From: a virus
Lineage: Duplodnaviria; Caudoviricetes
Length of the DNA: 55,452 nt
Virus record (IMG/VR): IMGVR_UViG_3300049896_000004
Span: 1-55,452 of that record
Direction: 5' to 3' (one strand)
Below are positions 18,706 through 27,887 of the stretch, piece by piece. The translations under genes and the position numbers were made by a program. Position 1 is the stretch's first letter. Each line of letters starts with the position of its first letter. The notes beneath the pieces were generated by a model. The model saw only the letters and a list, made by a program, of their open reading frames with translations, made no database searches and was not told the DNA's origin.

Positions 18706-19526
18706 GGGCAGACCTCAATCCGTACAGCGGCCGCCATACAGCAGGCGATCTCTACGACGAACGTGCGCTCTGCGAGGACGAGCCGGTCATTCGTCGTGAT
18801 CCGAACGGACTGGGCGTCCGTCTCGGGGATGTTGAAGACGCCCTCGCGGCGGACGCGGATCGGGCCGGTGACGTACAGCCACGCCTCGCCGGCCTCCGCG
18901 GGGAGGCAGTCCGGGGGGCCGACGTTGATGCCGTAGCCGCTCCCCATGATCACGCAGTTCCCGAGGAGGGTCCGGGCGCTGACCCCGTCGAGGTGGACGA
19001 GGTTGCAGCAGCCGAGGAGCGCGGCCGCGCCGGCGGGGACGTGTAGCACGCCCTGACCGCCGTAGTTCTCGCCGAGCCAGCCTTCGAGGACGGCGACGCC
19101 CTGCGCGATGTTCAGGGCCCCGGCCGCCGGGGTCAGGTCATTCGCCGTGGCGAGGGGGCAGAGGACTTCGGACATCAGCCACTGTTCGAGGGCGCGCTGC
19201 TCGCCCATGCGCAGGGCCTCAAGCGAGGTGTCGACGGCTTCCTGATACGAACGGCCGACCGGGTTGCACTGGGTGCCCGCGTAGATCGTGACGGGGGCGG
19301 CGGTGCAGGTGGTCGGCCGGGCGAACTCCTTGGGGCCTGCCGGGGGGTCCTCCTCGCACCAGGTCCAGGGGTGAGCGTCGGCACACGAGCCGTCTTGCCA
19401 GTCCGTGCCGAGCAGCTCGTGCGGGTCGGTGACGTCGATGATCTCGGTACAGCCGCCCAGGATGCCGTGAGGCAGGGGCGTCCCCGCAATGGCCGGCACG
19501 CGCCGGCGGTTTCCAGCGGTAGGCAT
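18702..19526 (-). CDS. Capsid-associated (minor capsid/decoration) protein
   Basis: Immediately after the major capsid gene; GAGGAGG RBS; TNDRLVLAERTFVV C-terminus. Confidence 0.55.
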   Translation of the reverse strand: MPTAGNRRRVPAIAGTPLPHGILGGCTEIIDVTDPHELLGTDWQDGSCADAHPWTWCEEDPPAGPKEFARPTTCTAAPVTIYAGTQCNPVGRSYQEAVDTSLEALRMGEQRALEQWLMSEVLCPLATANDLTPAAGALNIAQGVAVLEGWLGENYGGQGVLHVPAGAAALLGCCNLVHLDGVSARTLLGNCVIMGSGYGINVGPPDCLPAEAGEAWLYVTGPIRVRREGVFNIPETDAQSVRITTNDRLVLAERTFVVEIACCMAAAVRIEVCP

Positions 19527-19554
19527 GTCGCTTCACCCCTCCTCGGGTGGGACA

Positions 19555-19588
19555 CGGCGGGCCCGGTGTCAGGTACACGGGCCCGCCG
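19555..19588 (-). terminator. Hairpin after the major capsid gene
   Basis: CGGCGGGCCC...GGGCCCGCCG inverted repeat. Confidence 0.5.
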
Positions 19589-19606
19589 CGCGTGTGAGGG
19601 GCTGGG

Positions 19607-21247
19607 TCAGGCTGCTGGGCAGGTCATCAATGTCTGTGCGCCGGTCTCGCCACTGGGGCAGACCGGGACGGTGACGTACCTCGTGTCGACGCTGCGGTCG
19701 ATGAGGGCGATGCACTCCTCGCTGAAAAGTGCGGTGTAGTCGTTGGTCACGAACTTCGTGCTGTCGTGCACGACCCCGAGGTTGACCTCCTCGCCTCGTC
19801 CGGCCTGGAGCGTTCCGGCCGGGTAGATGAGGAAGCTCACGGTCGCCGGCCAGTCGAGGGCCGGGAGCGGGCCGCCGATGTCGGTCGGGACGGCCGGGGC
19901 GAGGTTGCGCGCCCACTGGATGCGGACGCCCAGCGGCGTGAAGACGGCCTGAACGTCGGCGGTCGAGACCTCTTCGATCCCGACGCCGTTCCTGCGCGCG
20001 AGGTCGGCGAGGAACAGGTTCCTCGACCACCAGGGGAAGACGACCTCGAGGGCCGTGCTCTCGCAGAGGCTGTGACGCTCGATCATGTCGGCGGCCTGGA
20101 GCGCGACGGCCGCGAAGACCGGGGACAGGGCGCCGAAGGTCGCGCCGATGGTGACCGGCGTCGCGGAGGCGACAGCGGCCTGGAACAGGACGGTGCGCAG
20201 CCTGATCTCATGCGCGACCATGGCGTTGCGGAGGTACCAGGCGACGAGCTCGGGGAAGTGTCGCTGAGTCAGGATGCCGGCCTGGAGGCAGACACCGACC
20301 GCGTCACAGCGGACCTCGACCGGGTCGGGGCAGGGGATGACGAAGCAGGGCTTGGTGGCGCCTGCGATGTCGTCCGCCTCGGTGTGGATCCACGTGAGGG
20401 CGCCGACGTCGAGGGACAGCGGCTTGTAGTAGCGCAGGCCGCCGCGCGCGAGCTGGACTTCCGGCAGGTCCCACAGCATGTCGGGGCACGCCGTGTCGGT
20501 GAGCTCGTAGATCGTTTCGGACGGGGCACACCAGCCGCCGGACGCGATCAGGTCCCGGTTCGGGAGACGCCGCTGGTCGGCTGCACGGATCGCGACCTCT
20601 GTGCCCTCGGGGGCGCTGGACGAGTCCGTGACGATCAGGCCGTCCTGGTACGGGTGCCGGTACGAGATGACCTGGCCCACGCCGCCGCCTGCGGTCTTCA
20701 ACGCATTGGCGCGGCTGATGATCCCGGCGGTGATCTGGCCGAACTCCAGCGGGGAGCCTGGGGTGTAGCCAGGGACGTCGACCGCCGCGGTGATGTGCGT
20801 GGTCGGGGCCGGCGGGTCGGGCAGGACGCGCGGCTGGTTCGCCCGGACGCCGGCCAGGTTCAGGGCCGGGCGGCTGCCGGACGCGACGACCGCGGCCGGG
20901 GCGGCGGGGACCTCAGCGGCCGGGGTGACAGTGGTCGGCTCGATCGCGGCCGTCTCCGTCGCCGCCGGGGCCTCGTCGACGGGGGCGTTCGGGTCGTCGC
21001 CGCGGACGCGCGCGGCGAGCTGCTCGATCTCGGAGGCGGCGGCCTGGGCGGCGGTGACGCGCGAGCCCTGCTCTGTGCGGATGTCCTCGACACAGGTCGA
21101 CAGGGCGCGCAGGCGGCTCATGGACGTGTCGGTGACGGTCGGTTCGGCGGACAGGGCGGCGAAGGCGTTGCGGGCGCCGTCGAGGGCCTCAGCAAGCTGC
21201 TCGTCGTCGAGGCTGGTGATGTCCTCGGGGATTTCGTACTCGGCCAT
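19607..21247 (-). CDS. Major capsid protein with N-terminal scaffold-like region
   Basis: Coiled-coil N-terminus, Ala/Pro linker, ASGGWCAPSETIY and LPEVQLARGG motifs; gene order. Confidence 0.85.
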   Translation of the reverse strand: MAEYEIPEDITSLDDEQLAEALDGARNAFAALSAEPTVTDTSMSRLRALSTCVEDIRTEQGSRVTAAQAAASEIEQLAARVRGDDPNAPVDEAPAATETAAIEPTTVTPAAEVPAAPAAVVASGSRPALNLAGVRANQPRVLPDPPAPTTHITAAVDVPGYTPGSPLEFGQITAGIISRANALKTAGGGVGQVISYRHPYQDGLIVTDSSSAPEGTEVAIRAADQRRLPNRDLIASGGWCAPSETIYELTDTACPDMLWDLPEVQLARGGLRYYKPLSLDVGALTWIHTEADDIAGATKPCFVIPCPDPVEVRCDAVGVCLQAGILTQRHFPELVAWYLRNAMVAHEIRLRTVLFQAAVASATPVTIGATFGALSPVFAAVALQAADMIERHSLCESTALEVVFPWWSRNLFLADLARRNGVGIEEVSTADVQAVFTPLGVRIQWARNLAPAVPTDIGGPLPALDWPATVSFLIYPAGTLQAGRGEEVNLGVVHDSTKFVTNDYTALFSEECIALIDRSVDTRYVTVPVCPSGETGAQTLMTCPAA

Positions 21248-21279
21248 GGGGGGCTGCTCCAGCGATCTTCACTGAGGTA

Positions 21280-21300
21280 GCCCGGCCCAAAACCAGCGGC
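21280..21300 (-). promoter_or_regulatory. Late-gene leader motif, copy 4 (major capsid)
   Basis: GCCGCTGGTTTTGGGCCGGGC. Confidence 0.8.
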
Positions 21301-21320
21301 GCATAACGCCGCAAAACCGG

Positions 21321-21356
21321 CGGCGCTACCGCACAGCATGCCATGCGGTAGCGCCG
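21321..21356. terminator. 13-bp-stem hairpin upstream of the capsid leader
   Basis: CGGCGCTACCGCA-N10-TGCGGTAGCGCCG. Confidence 0.55.
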
Positions 21357-21378
21357 GGGCGCTGGGACCTGCACCTGG

Positions 21379-21585
21379 TCAGCCGCTGGTCTTGGCCGAC
21401 GTGGCCGCCTTCTTCGCTGTGGCGGCCTTGGGGCGCAGCACGACCTTGCTCTCCGGGTAGCGGCGGCCGACGGCCTCAGCGGTCGGCTTGCTCGGGGAGC
21501 TGTACACGACCTTGCCGCTCTTGGCGATGACGTCGAAGGTGTCCCGGGCTGCTGCGCCCTTACCTCCCTGGCACGCGCATGGCAT
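21379..21585 (-). CDS. Small basic head-region protein (MPCACQGG)
   Basis: TGATG overlap; AAGGAGG RBS. Confidence 0.7.
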   Translation of the reverse strand: MPCACQGGKGAAARDTFDVIAKSGKVVYSSPSKPTAEAVGRRYPESKVVLRPKAATAKKAATSAKTSG

Positions 21586-24500
21586 CAGCTTGCCTCCTTC
21601 GTCTCGGTCACCGCGGCGCTCGCGGTGATCTCTTCGGGGACCAGCCCGACCGACGCCTTCATGGCTTCGATCTCGGCCCGCCGCTGCGCCTCGCGGTCCT
21701 CCATGGCGCTCGCGAGGGCGTCGACGAACGGCCCTGTCACGAGGGCGGCCGCGAGGGCGTCGACGTCGATGTCCGGGAGCTGTCCGGACAGCGTGTCCGG
21801 ACTTTGTCCGGGCTGGTCAGCGGCCTGGACAGCGTGTCCGCCGGACAGGTTGTCCGGACTGTCCGGACCGTGTCCGGACACGTTGTCCGGGCTGTCCGCG
21901 GTGGGGGCGAGGATGCCGGCCGACGAAGCGGCCAGGGCGAGGTTCGAGCGCTCGGTGACCGCCGCGGCGACGAGGGGCGAGGAGTGCCCGGGGACCGGGA
22001 CGGTGAGGACGGCGCGCAGCTCCCAGCCCTTACGGCCCTGCTTCATGTGGTAGCTGGGCTGGCACGCCCTGAAGACGTTCCGGTCCCACTCGCTGAGCCA
22101 CGGCGCGGCCGCGCCGCTGAACCACATGCCGCCCTTGTTCATGCCGACCGTGACGATCCCGGCGACGGTGCGGGAGTCGTCGAACTGGCAGACCTCGTTC
22201 TGGCACTCGGCGCCGTCCCGGTTGTGCGGGACGTTCATCGTGAAGGACCCGGCCCGAACCGTGCCGCCGTCGTCCGTCGCGAACTTGGCCCGGAGGAAGT
22301 GGCTGAGGTCGATCTTGCCGAGCGACTCGATCGTCAGCTTCTTGCCGGGGAAGCCCGCGTGCGGGACACCGGCCTGTGCGACCCAGCCGTAGACGCGGCC
22401 GTTCTTGTAGTGCACGCCGCCGGACCCGGGCGGGAGCTCCTCCGCTGTCGGCTCGCGGAACCACTCCGCCGGCATCGGGTCGGTGTCCTGCATCGCGCGC
22501 CAGGCGGACGCTGACAGCTCGTCGAGGGCGGCGGTGACCCGGTCGCCCCCGTCGGTGCTGGGCGGCCCTTCAGGGGACGTGCAGGGCCCGGCGTACATCC
22601 CGGGGGCGAGGCGCACCAGGCGGCCCGCCTCTACCGCCTGGTTCAGGTACGTGCGGGCGGTCGTCATGCTGATGCCGAGGGTCTTGGCGACCTGGCGCGG
22701 GCCGACAGCGGCCGGGGACGTCCGTACGTACGTGACGATCTTGTCCAGCGTGGTCCCGGCGGCCGCGACGACCGGCCCGGGGATGGCGGCCGCCGTCTCG
22801 TCGAGCGGGTCCAGGACGATCCTGGCCCCGGCGTAGGCCGGCATGGCGACGAGGGTCGCGCCGCGCAGCCGGGCCCTGGTGATGCGCATCAGGAAGTCGC
22901 CGGCGTTCTCGGAGTGGACGACGATCCCGGCCTCTGGGTCGTCGCTGTCCCCGGCGGCCGCGGTCAGGACACCGCGCCCGGCGAGGGCCGTACGGATCGC
23001 GTCCGCCGTGACGGTGCCGGACGGGCCGGTCATGAGCTGTACGTCGTAGCGGCCGCGGGTGAAGGTGCCGCCGCTCGCGGTCCAGGCCGGTGCGGTCTGC
23101 GCCGAGATCATCAGCGAGCCGTCCGCCATGCGCAACACCGACGCCGCCGGCAGGGTCGCGCTGGCGAACATCCAGCCGTCCTCTTCCGGGTCCAGCGTGC
23201 GGTCGACGAATTCCACGTCGACGTCGTCTAGGTCGACGCTCACGCCGAGGGGCGCTTCCTGCTCCAGGAGCGTGACCGCGTCCAGGCCGGCCGGGCGGGT
23301 CAGGTACAGGACGCCGCTGCCGGTGATCCGCTGTCCCTCGCGGGCGGCCTTGTCGATCGCACCGGCGAGCTCTGCGCCCTGATGTCCCATCAGCATTTCG
23401 TCCGCGTACTGGAGCGGCCAGGGGCCCGTGTCCCAGGAGATGGCCCCCGCGGTGAAGAGCCGGCCGTCACCGGTCTCCATGTCCTCGAACGCCAGGGCCG
23501 TATCGTCCGGGTTCGACCAGCTGCGTGTTTCCGGTGGCGCCTCAGCCTCGACCTCGGTCGCGGCCGCTGCTGCTGTGTTGTCGGGCATGCTCTGCTCCTC
23601 GTTGCCGGTGCCGAGTTGGATGTCTGTGCGCTCGCCCGCGAAGGCGATGCGGATGCGGTCGAACGTCACGGGGCCGACGCGGTCGGTCATCGGGTCCAGG
23701 GGCCACGGGTCGGCGTCGTACGCGCCGCAGATGTGCGGCACCCATGGCGAGTGCTGTACGGGCAGCTCAGGGTTGTTGTGGCCGTCCTCCAGGGCTCGGG
23801 TGGCGAGGTTCTGCACGTCGTGCAGCGACGGGGCGCCGTCGGGGGCGTCCCGGTCGTCACCGACAGCCCAGACCCATGAGGGGCTGTCGGAGCCGGGGTT
23901 CCAGTGGTTGACGCCGAAGGCGTACGCGGTGAGGGTCGGCAGGTCCGCGGCCGTCGCGGTGACGTTCGCGACGAGCTCGCGCCGCTGCTCCTCGCCCCAG
24001 TCGGCGCCCTCGCCCAGGAACCAGAGGGTCAGGTGCAGCTCGTCGGCGAGCTCGCCGTCGTCCAGGGCCAGGCGCTCCGCGTCCTCCTCGGTCGGGATGA
24101 GCGCGATCATCGCGCCGGTGTGCTCGACCGCCGCGGCGGTGACGTCGTCGGCGAGGACGGGCAGGGGGCTGTCGTCCCAGGCGAGCCGGTAGCTGCCCGG
24201 GTCTGTGACCCCTGCGGCCGCGAGCCTGCGCTGAAGCTCAGCGTCCATGTCTCTCAGCCACTGCGGCCTTGGATCTGAAGATGCCGCCGCGAGGGCCTCC
24301 TGAGATTCAGCGGGCGCCGGTGGCTGGTAGTCGGGGTGTTCCCAGGCGGCGAGGCGGGCGGCGGTCTCCTCGTCGACGTTCAGGCGGGCCGCTGTCGCCG
24401 AGACGACGGCCGCGCGGCGGGTGTCCTGTGCGACGGCGAGCAGGCAGCGGCAGTTCACGACCTGCTTGGCCGGCGCTGTCGGGTCGTGAGGGGCGCTCAT

Positions 24501-25187
24501 CTCGACCCCGCCCACAGTGAACGGCTCGTCGAGTAGGCGCAGCTGCCCGTTCACGTCGGCGTGGTCGTGGCGTACACGGTCGTCCCGGCGGGTCAGCCAC
24601 TGCTTGACCAGCGGCCGGGACGGGCCGGTCATCTCCTGCGCCGCGCCGAGCGTGGCGGTGTTCCAGGCGCGGCCGCTCTCGGTGCGCGCCACGCGTTCCT
24701 CGCGGCCCTCGCCGAGCTGTGACCCCTCGCGGGCGAAGCGGTCCCGCAGGCGGGCGCGCAGGGCCTCCATGTCGTCCCCGGCGTCGACGCCGGCAGCGAG
24801 CTCGTCACGGGCCGCTTCCGCGAGACGGTCACCGACGGCGCGCAGCAGGTGCTCGGTCACGTCGACGTACTCGGACATGGCCGGGGGGAGGGTGCCGTCG
24901 TCGTACCGGCCGGGCAGGTCCTCCCACTCGTCGGGCAGCTCGCCGCCGGTGTCGTCCGCCGCGGTGTTCGCCGCCTGCTCGCTCACGCCGAGGAGCCGGC
25001 GCACGATGCGGGGCATCCGGCTGGTGAACATCTCGGCGATACGGGAGACGGAGAAGCGGGCGGCGACGAGTTCGGTCGCCCCGGCGAGGGCGGCGGCGAA
25101 CTCGTCGGCGACCTCGTCGAGGACCTCCGCCACGGTGACCGCGACGGCCTCTTCCTGCTCGTCGACGACCTCGTGTACGTCAGCCAT
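21585..25187 (-). CDS. MuF-like minor head protein fused to a 2H phosphoesterase, a putative prohead-protease-like region and a winged HTH
   Basis: RVARTE..KQWLTRRDDRVRHDH..NCRC (MuF); LHLTL and WVPHIC (2H); ETGDGR..GVSVDLD; VAKTLGIS..LVRLAPGMY (wHTH). Confidence 0.8.
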   Translation of the reverse strand: MADVHEVVDEQEEAVAVTVAEVLDEVADEFAAALAGATELVAARFSVSRIAEMFTSRMPRIVRRLLGVSEQAANTAADDTGGELPDEWEDLPGRYDDGTLPPAMSEYVDVTEHLLRAVGDRLAEAARDELAAGVDAGDDMEALRARLRDRFAREGSQLGEGREERVARTESGRAWNTATLGAAQEMTGPSRPLVKQWLTRRDDRVRHDHADVNGQLRLLDEPFTVGGVEMSAPHDPTAPAKQVVNCRCLLAVAQDTRRAAVVSATAARLNVDEETAARLAAWEHPDYQPPAPAESQEALAAASSDPRPQWLRDMDAELQRRLAAAGVTDPGSYRLAWDDSPLPVLADDVTAAAVEHTGAMIALIPTEEDAERLALDDGELADELHLTLWFLGEGADWGEEQRRELVANVTATAADLPTLTAYAFGVNHWNPGSDSPSWVWAVGDDRDAPDGAPSLHDVQNLATRALEDGHNNPELPVQHSPWVPHICGAYDADPWPLDPMTDRVGPVTFDRIRIAFAGERTDIQLGTGNEEQSMPDNTAAAAATEVEAEAPPETRSWSNPDDTALAFEDMETGDGRLFTAGAISWDTGPWPLQYADEMLMGHQGAELAGAIDKAAREGQRITGSGVLYLTRPAGLDAVTLLEQEAPLGVSVDLDDVDVEFVDRTLDPEEDGWMFASATLPAASVLRMADGSLMISAQTAPAWTASGGTFTRGRYDVQLMTGPSGTVTADAIRTALAGRGVLTAAAGDSDDPEAGIVVHSENAGDFLMRITRARLRGATLVAMPAYAGARIVLDPLDETAAAIPGPVVAAAGTTLDKIVTYVRTSPAAVGPRQVAKTLGISMTTARTYLNQAVEAGRLVRLAPGMYAGPCTSPEGPPSTDGGDRVTAALDELSASAWRAMQDTDPMPAEWFREPTAEELPPGSGGVHYKNGRVYGWVAQAGVPHAGFPGKKLTIESLGKIDLSHFLRAKFATDDGGTVRAGSFTMNVPHNRDGAECQNEVCQFDDSRTVAGIVTVGMNKGGMWFSGAAAPWLSEWDRNVFRACQPSYHMKQGRKGWELRAVLTVPVPGHSSPLVAAAVTERSNLALAASSAGILAPTADSPDNVSGHGPDSPDNLSGGHAVQAADQPGQSPDTLSGQLPDIDVDALAAALVTGPFVDALASAMEDREAQRRAEIEAMKASVGLVPEEITASAAVTETKEAS
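21770..21900. repeat. Array of about 10 TGTCCG(GACA) units
   Basis: TGTCCG at 21770, 21781, 21794, 21805, 21835, 21851, 21860, 21871, 21884, 21893. Confidence 0.85.
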
Positions 25188-25518
25188 CTCCGGCCTCCTG
25201 TGTGCGGGTGAACACGTACGTCCCGAGGAGCCGGGCCTCGTGCGCTCCGTCGGAGCTGAGCCTGATCTCCAGCTCGATGCCAGGCGGGGCGTTGGCGAGG
25301 ACGCGGGCGGCGTATTCGTACATGTCGCGGATGGTCTGGGTGATCAGATCGGTGATCGGCAGGTCCGGTACGGGGTCGGGGGCGGGCACGGCACGGCCGT
25401 GCTGGACCAGGTAGGTGCCGTCGGCGGGGACGGCGATGGTCTCCGCCGGGCCGGGCTGGCAGAAGCAGGGCGGCATCTCGCGCAGAAGCTCGGCGAGGAC
25501 CGGCAGCGTGTCAGCCAT
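25180..25518 (-). CDS. Hypothetical protein
   Basis: Overlap-coupled with neighbours; RBS present. Confidence 0.65.
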   Translation of the reverse strand: MADTLPVLAELLREMPPCFCQPGPAETIAVPADGTYLVQHGRAVPAPDPVPDLPITDLITQTIRDMYEYAARVLANAPPGIELEIRLSSDGAHEARLLGTYVFTRTQEAGDG

Positions 25519-25732
25519 GCTCGACTTCCTTACTCGGCGGTAGGGCCCGGTCCGGGATGCCGCTGCTGTCGTCGACGCTGTTGTTATCGCGGGCGCGCCA
25601 GGCGAGGAGCTCTTCCCAGACTTCGCGGCCGGGACAGCGGGAGCACCAGCCGTGTCGGCGGTGTCCGGCGCGCGAGTGGCCGGACGGGGCCGTGTGGATC
25701 AAGGGCGGGCCCTCGGTCTCGGTGTCAGCCAC
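25511..25732 (-). CDS. Small hypothetical protein (His-rich, CxxC)
   Basis: Coupled; HRRHGWCSRC. Confidence 0.6.
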   Translation of the reverse strand: MADTETEGPPLIHTAPSGHSRAGHRRHGWCSRCPGREVWEELLAWRARDNNSVDDSSGIPDRALPPSKEVEHG

Positions 25733-25928
25733 GGCCGGCCTCCTCGCTGCCGTTGGGACAGGGCGGCAGGTCCAGCGGCATGAGCGTGATCACGGCCGGG
25801 CAGCCCATGGTGAGCGGCCCCGCCGGGCCGCTCACCGTGACGTCGCTGACCACGAAGCGGGTCCCCTCTGTGATGCGCAGGCCGTCACAGTCGGTGCACA
25901 GGTCGAGGCGGTGTACGGGCTCAGCCAC
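25725..25928 (-). CDS. Small CxxC protein
   Basis: Coupled; GGAGG RBS. Confidence 0.55.
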   Translation of the reverse strand: MAEPVHRLDLCTDCDGLRITEGTRFVVSDVTVSGPAGPLTMGCPAVITLMPLDLPPCPNGSEEAGRG

Positions 25929-26118
25929 GGGTCGCCTCCGGGTCGTCGGGGTCGTCGTGGATCTCGCAGAACTCGGCCGTGGCCACGAGGCTGGGGCCGG
26001 CCGGGAAGAGCGCGAGGACGTCGACGGCGACCGCGGTCAGGGCCTTGCACGTCGGGCACCACTTCGTGCGCGGTACGCCCGTAATGGTGGGGGTGAGCAG
26101 CTGTACGCGGCCGTTCAC
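25921..26118 (-). CDS. Small zinc-ribbon-like protein
   Basis: GTGA overlap with the portal stop; WCPTC...CEIH. Confidence 0.6.
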   Translation of the reverse strand: MNGRVQLLTPTITGVPRTKWCPTCKALTAVAVDVLALFPAGPSLVATAEFCEIHDDPDDPEATRG

Positions 26119-27887
26119 GCGACCACCGTCATGTCGCTGGCACTGCACGAGCCGACGACGACGAGCACCCGCTCGTACTCGTGCACCACCCCGGCGGCGA
26201 TGAGCTCGCGGGTGTACAGGTCGAGTGAGGCGGTCAGACACTCCGGGTCACAGCCGTAGCGGCCCGCGATCTCCGGTACGCGTGACCACGCGCCATCGAG
26301 GAGGCGGAAGTCCTCGACGCCCTCGCGGTCGACCGCGACCTGTGTGTGCACGGCGGCGAGGTCGACTTCCTGGACCTTGCCGCGCTCGCTGCGGGGGCAC
26401 AGGCGTGAGCTCTTCATCCGGCGGCCGGCGTTGGTGAGGGCGGACCAGATCAGGACGTCCGCGGCCGCGAGTAGGCCGTCGGCGGGGCCCGCGGCCGCTG
26501 CGATGGCGACCGGCCCGTCCGCCGTCTCCTCGTCCGCCGGTTCGGTCACCTGGTTCACCGGCTCGCCCTCGCCTGCGTCGTCGTCTTCCTCGGGGGCCGG
26601 GTCCTCGGTGTCGCGGGCGGCTTCCTCTTCCGGGGTCGGCGCGTCGCTCTCCTCGAAGCCCGTCTCGCGGCGCAGCGCGGCGTCGCTGATGACGCCGGCC
26701 TCGTGTGCCTTGAGCGCGGTCTCGGCCCTATTCGTGCGGACGCGGAGGGGGGCGGTGTCGTACCAGACGAGCCACCGGTGCCAGTCCTTTACGCGCTCCG
26801 CCTGCAGCAGGGGGCGCAGCCACTGTTGTGTCAGGGCGTAGGACACCGTGGCGAGCTTCGGCTCGATGCCCATCCTGATGGCTTCAGACGTTAGTGCCCA
26901 TGCAGACCAATGATTGCTGTCACCTAGCCCGAGGAGGATCTCGGCGGGGATGTCGAGGCCGATGGCGAAGCGGCGTACGGCCTCCTCGCGGAGCTTGAGG
27001 GCTAGCTCGTCGAAGTTGCTCTCGAAGGTCAGGTGCTTGAAGTCCGGGATGCTGTCGGCCGGCACTTCCAGGACGATGGGCACGGTCGCGGCCGCGGACT
27101 CGGGATCCCGGATCGCGGTCTCGGCGACCTGCATGAAGATCTCGATCACGTCGTCTTCGGCGTCTGACGTCGCGTTGTTACTGGTGGGGAACCTTGTTCC
27201 CTTCGGGATCAGCAGGACGCCGCGCCCGATCAGCCGTGAGCGGGCGATGGCCTTCACCGCGGCGTTGAGCAGCTGGAGTTCTTCGAGCAGGTCGAGGGCG
27301 GAGCGTACGGGGCTGTCGGCCTCGATGGCGCGCTCGGGGTCGGGCTCCCATACCCGGATGGCGACTGGGCTGTCCGGGTCCATGCCGTCGGCGTCCCCGG
27401 CCGGGATCTCGATGTCCTCGCCGTCGATCTCGGCCTGGAGCTTGCCCGACTGCTGCCGTACCTCGCGGGTGCTGAGGACGCGCCAGTCGTGGCCGTCCTC
27501 GGGGGCGTCGGGGCTGAGTACCTCGCTGTTGGGGCGGACGACGATCCAGCCCTCTCCGGGTACGGAGAGGTGCCGGCCGAAGGCGCCGAGGAGCTTGCTC
27601 TGTCCGTCGGGGCCGCCCGCGATCTGGGAGACGATCTCGGCGGCGCGGTGGTTGAGCGGGGCGGGCTCGATCGTGCCGTCGTCCGCGCGGCGCCCGGCGT
27701 ACAGGGTGGCTCCGCTCATGGCGTTGCCGGTGTAGTTGGCGGCGAAGCGCACCTCGGGGACGCTCTTGTACATGCGCCAGGCGACGGCCTGCCAGCCCTG
27801 GTCGAAGGTGGGGGCCTTGCCCCGGGTCTTGCGGTCGACGTAGCGGGAGGCGGCGGCCGTGAGGGTGGCGCGCGGGCGGGCGCTCAC
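26115..27887 (-). CDS. Portal protein
   Basis: Start VSARPRATLTAAAS via GTGA overlap; AW..Y..VPEVRF, ADSPVR and EILLGLGDSNHWSAW motifs; between terminase and MuF. Confidence 0.85.
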   Translation of the reverse strand: MSARPRATLTAAASRYVDRKTRGKAPTFDQGWQAVAWRMYKSVPEVRFAANYTGNAMSGATLYAGRRADDGTIEPAPLNHRAAEIVSQIAGGPDGQSKLLGAFGRHLSVPGEGWIVVRPNSEVLSPDAPEDGHDWRVLSTREVRQQSGKLQAEIDGEDIEIPAGDADGMDPDSPVAIRVWEPDPERAIEADSPVRSALDLLEELQLLNAAVKAIARSRLIGRGVLLIPKGTRFPTSNNATSDAEDDVIEIFMQVAETAIRDPESAAATVPIVLEVPADSIPDFKHLTFESNFDELALKLREEAVRRFAIGLDIPAEILLGLGDSNHWSAWALTSEAIRMGIEPKLATVSYALTQQWLRPLLQAERVKDWHRWLVWYDTAPLRVRTNRAETALKAHEAGVISDAALRRETGFEESDAPTPEEEAARDTEDPAPEEDDDAGEGEPVNQVTEPADEETADGPVAIAAAAGPADGLLAAADVLIWSALTNAGRRMKSSRLCPRSERGKVQEVDLAAVHTQVAVDREGVEDFRLLDGAWSRVPEIAGRYGCDPECLTASLDLYTRELIAAGVVHEYERVLVVVGSCSASDMTVVA

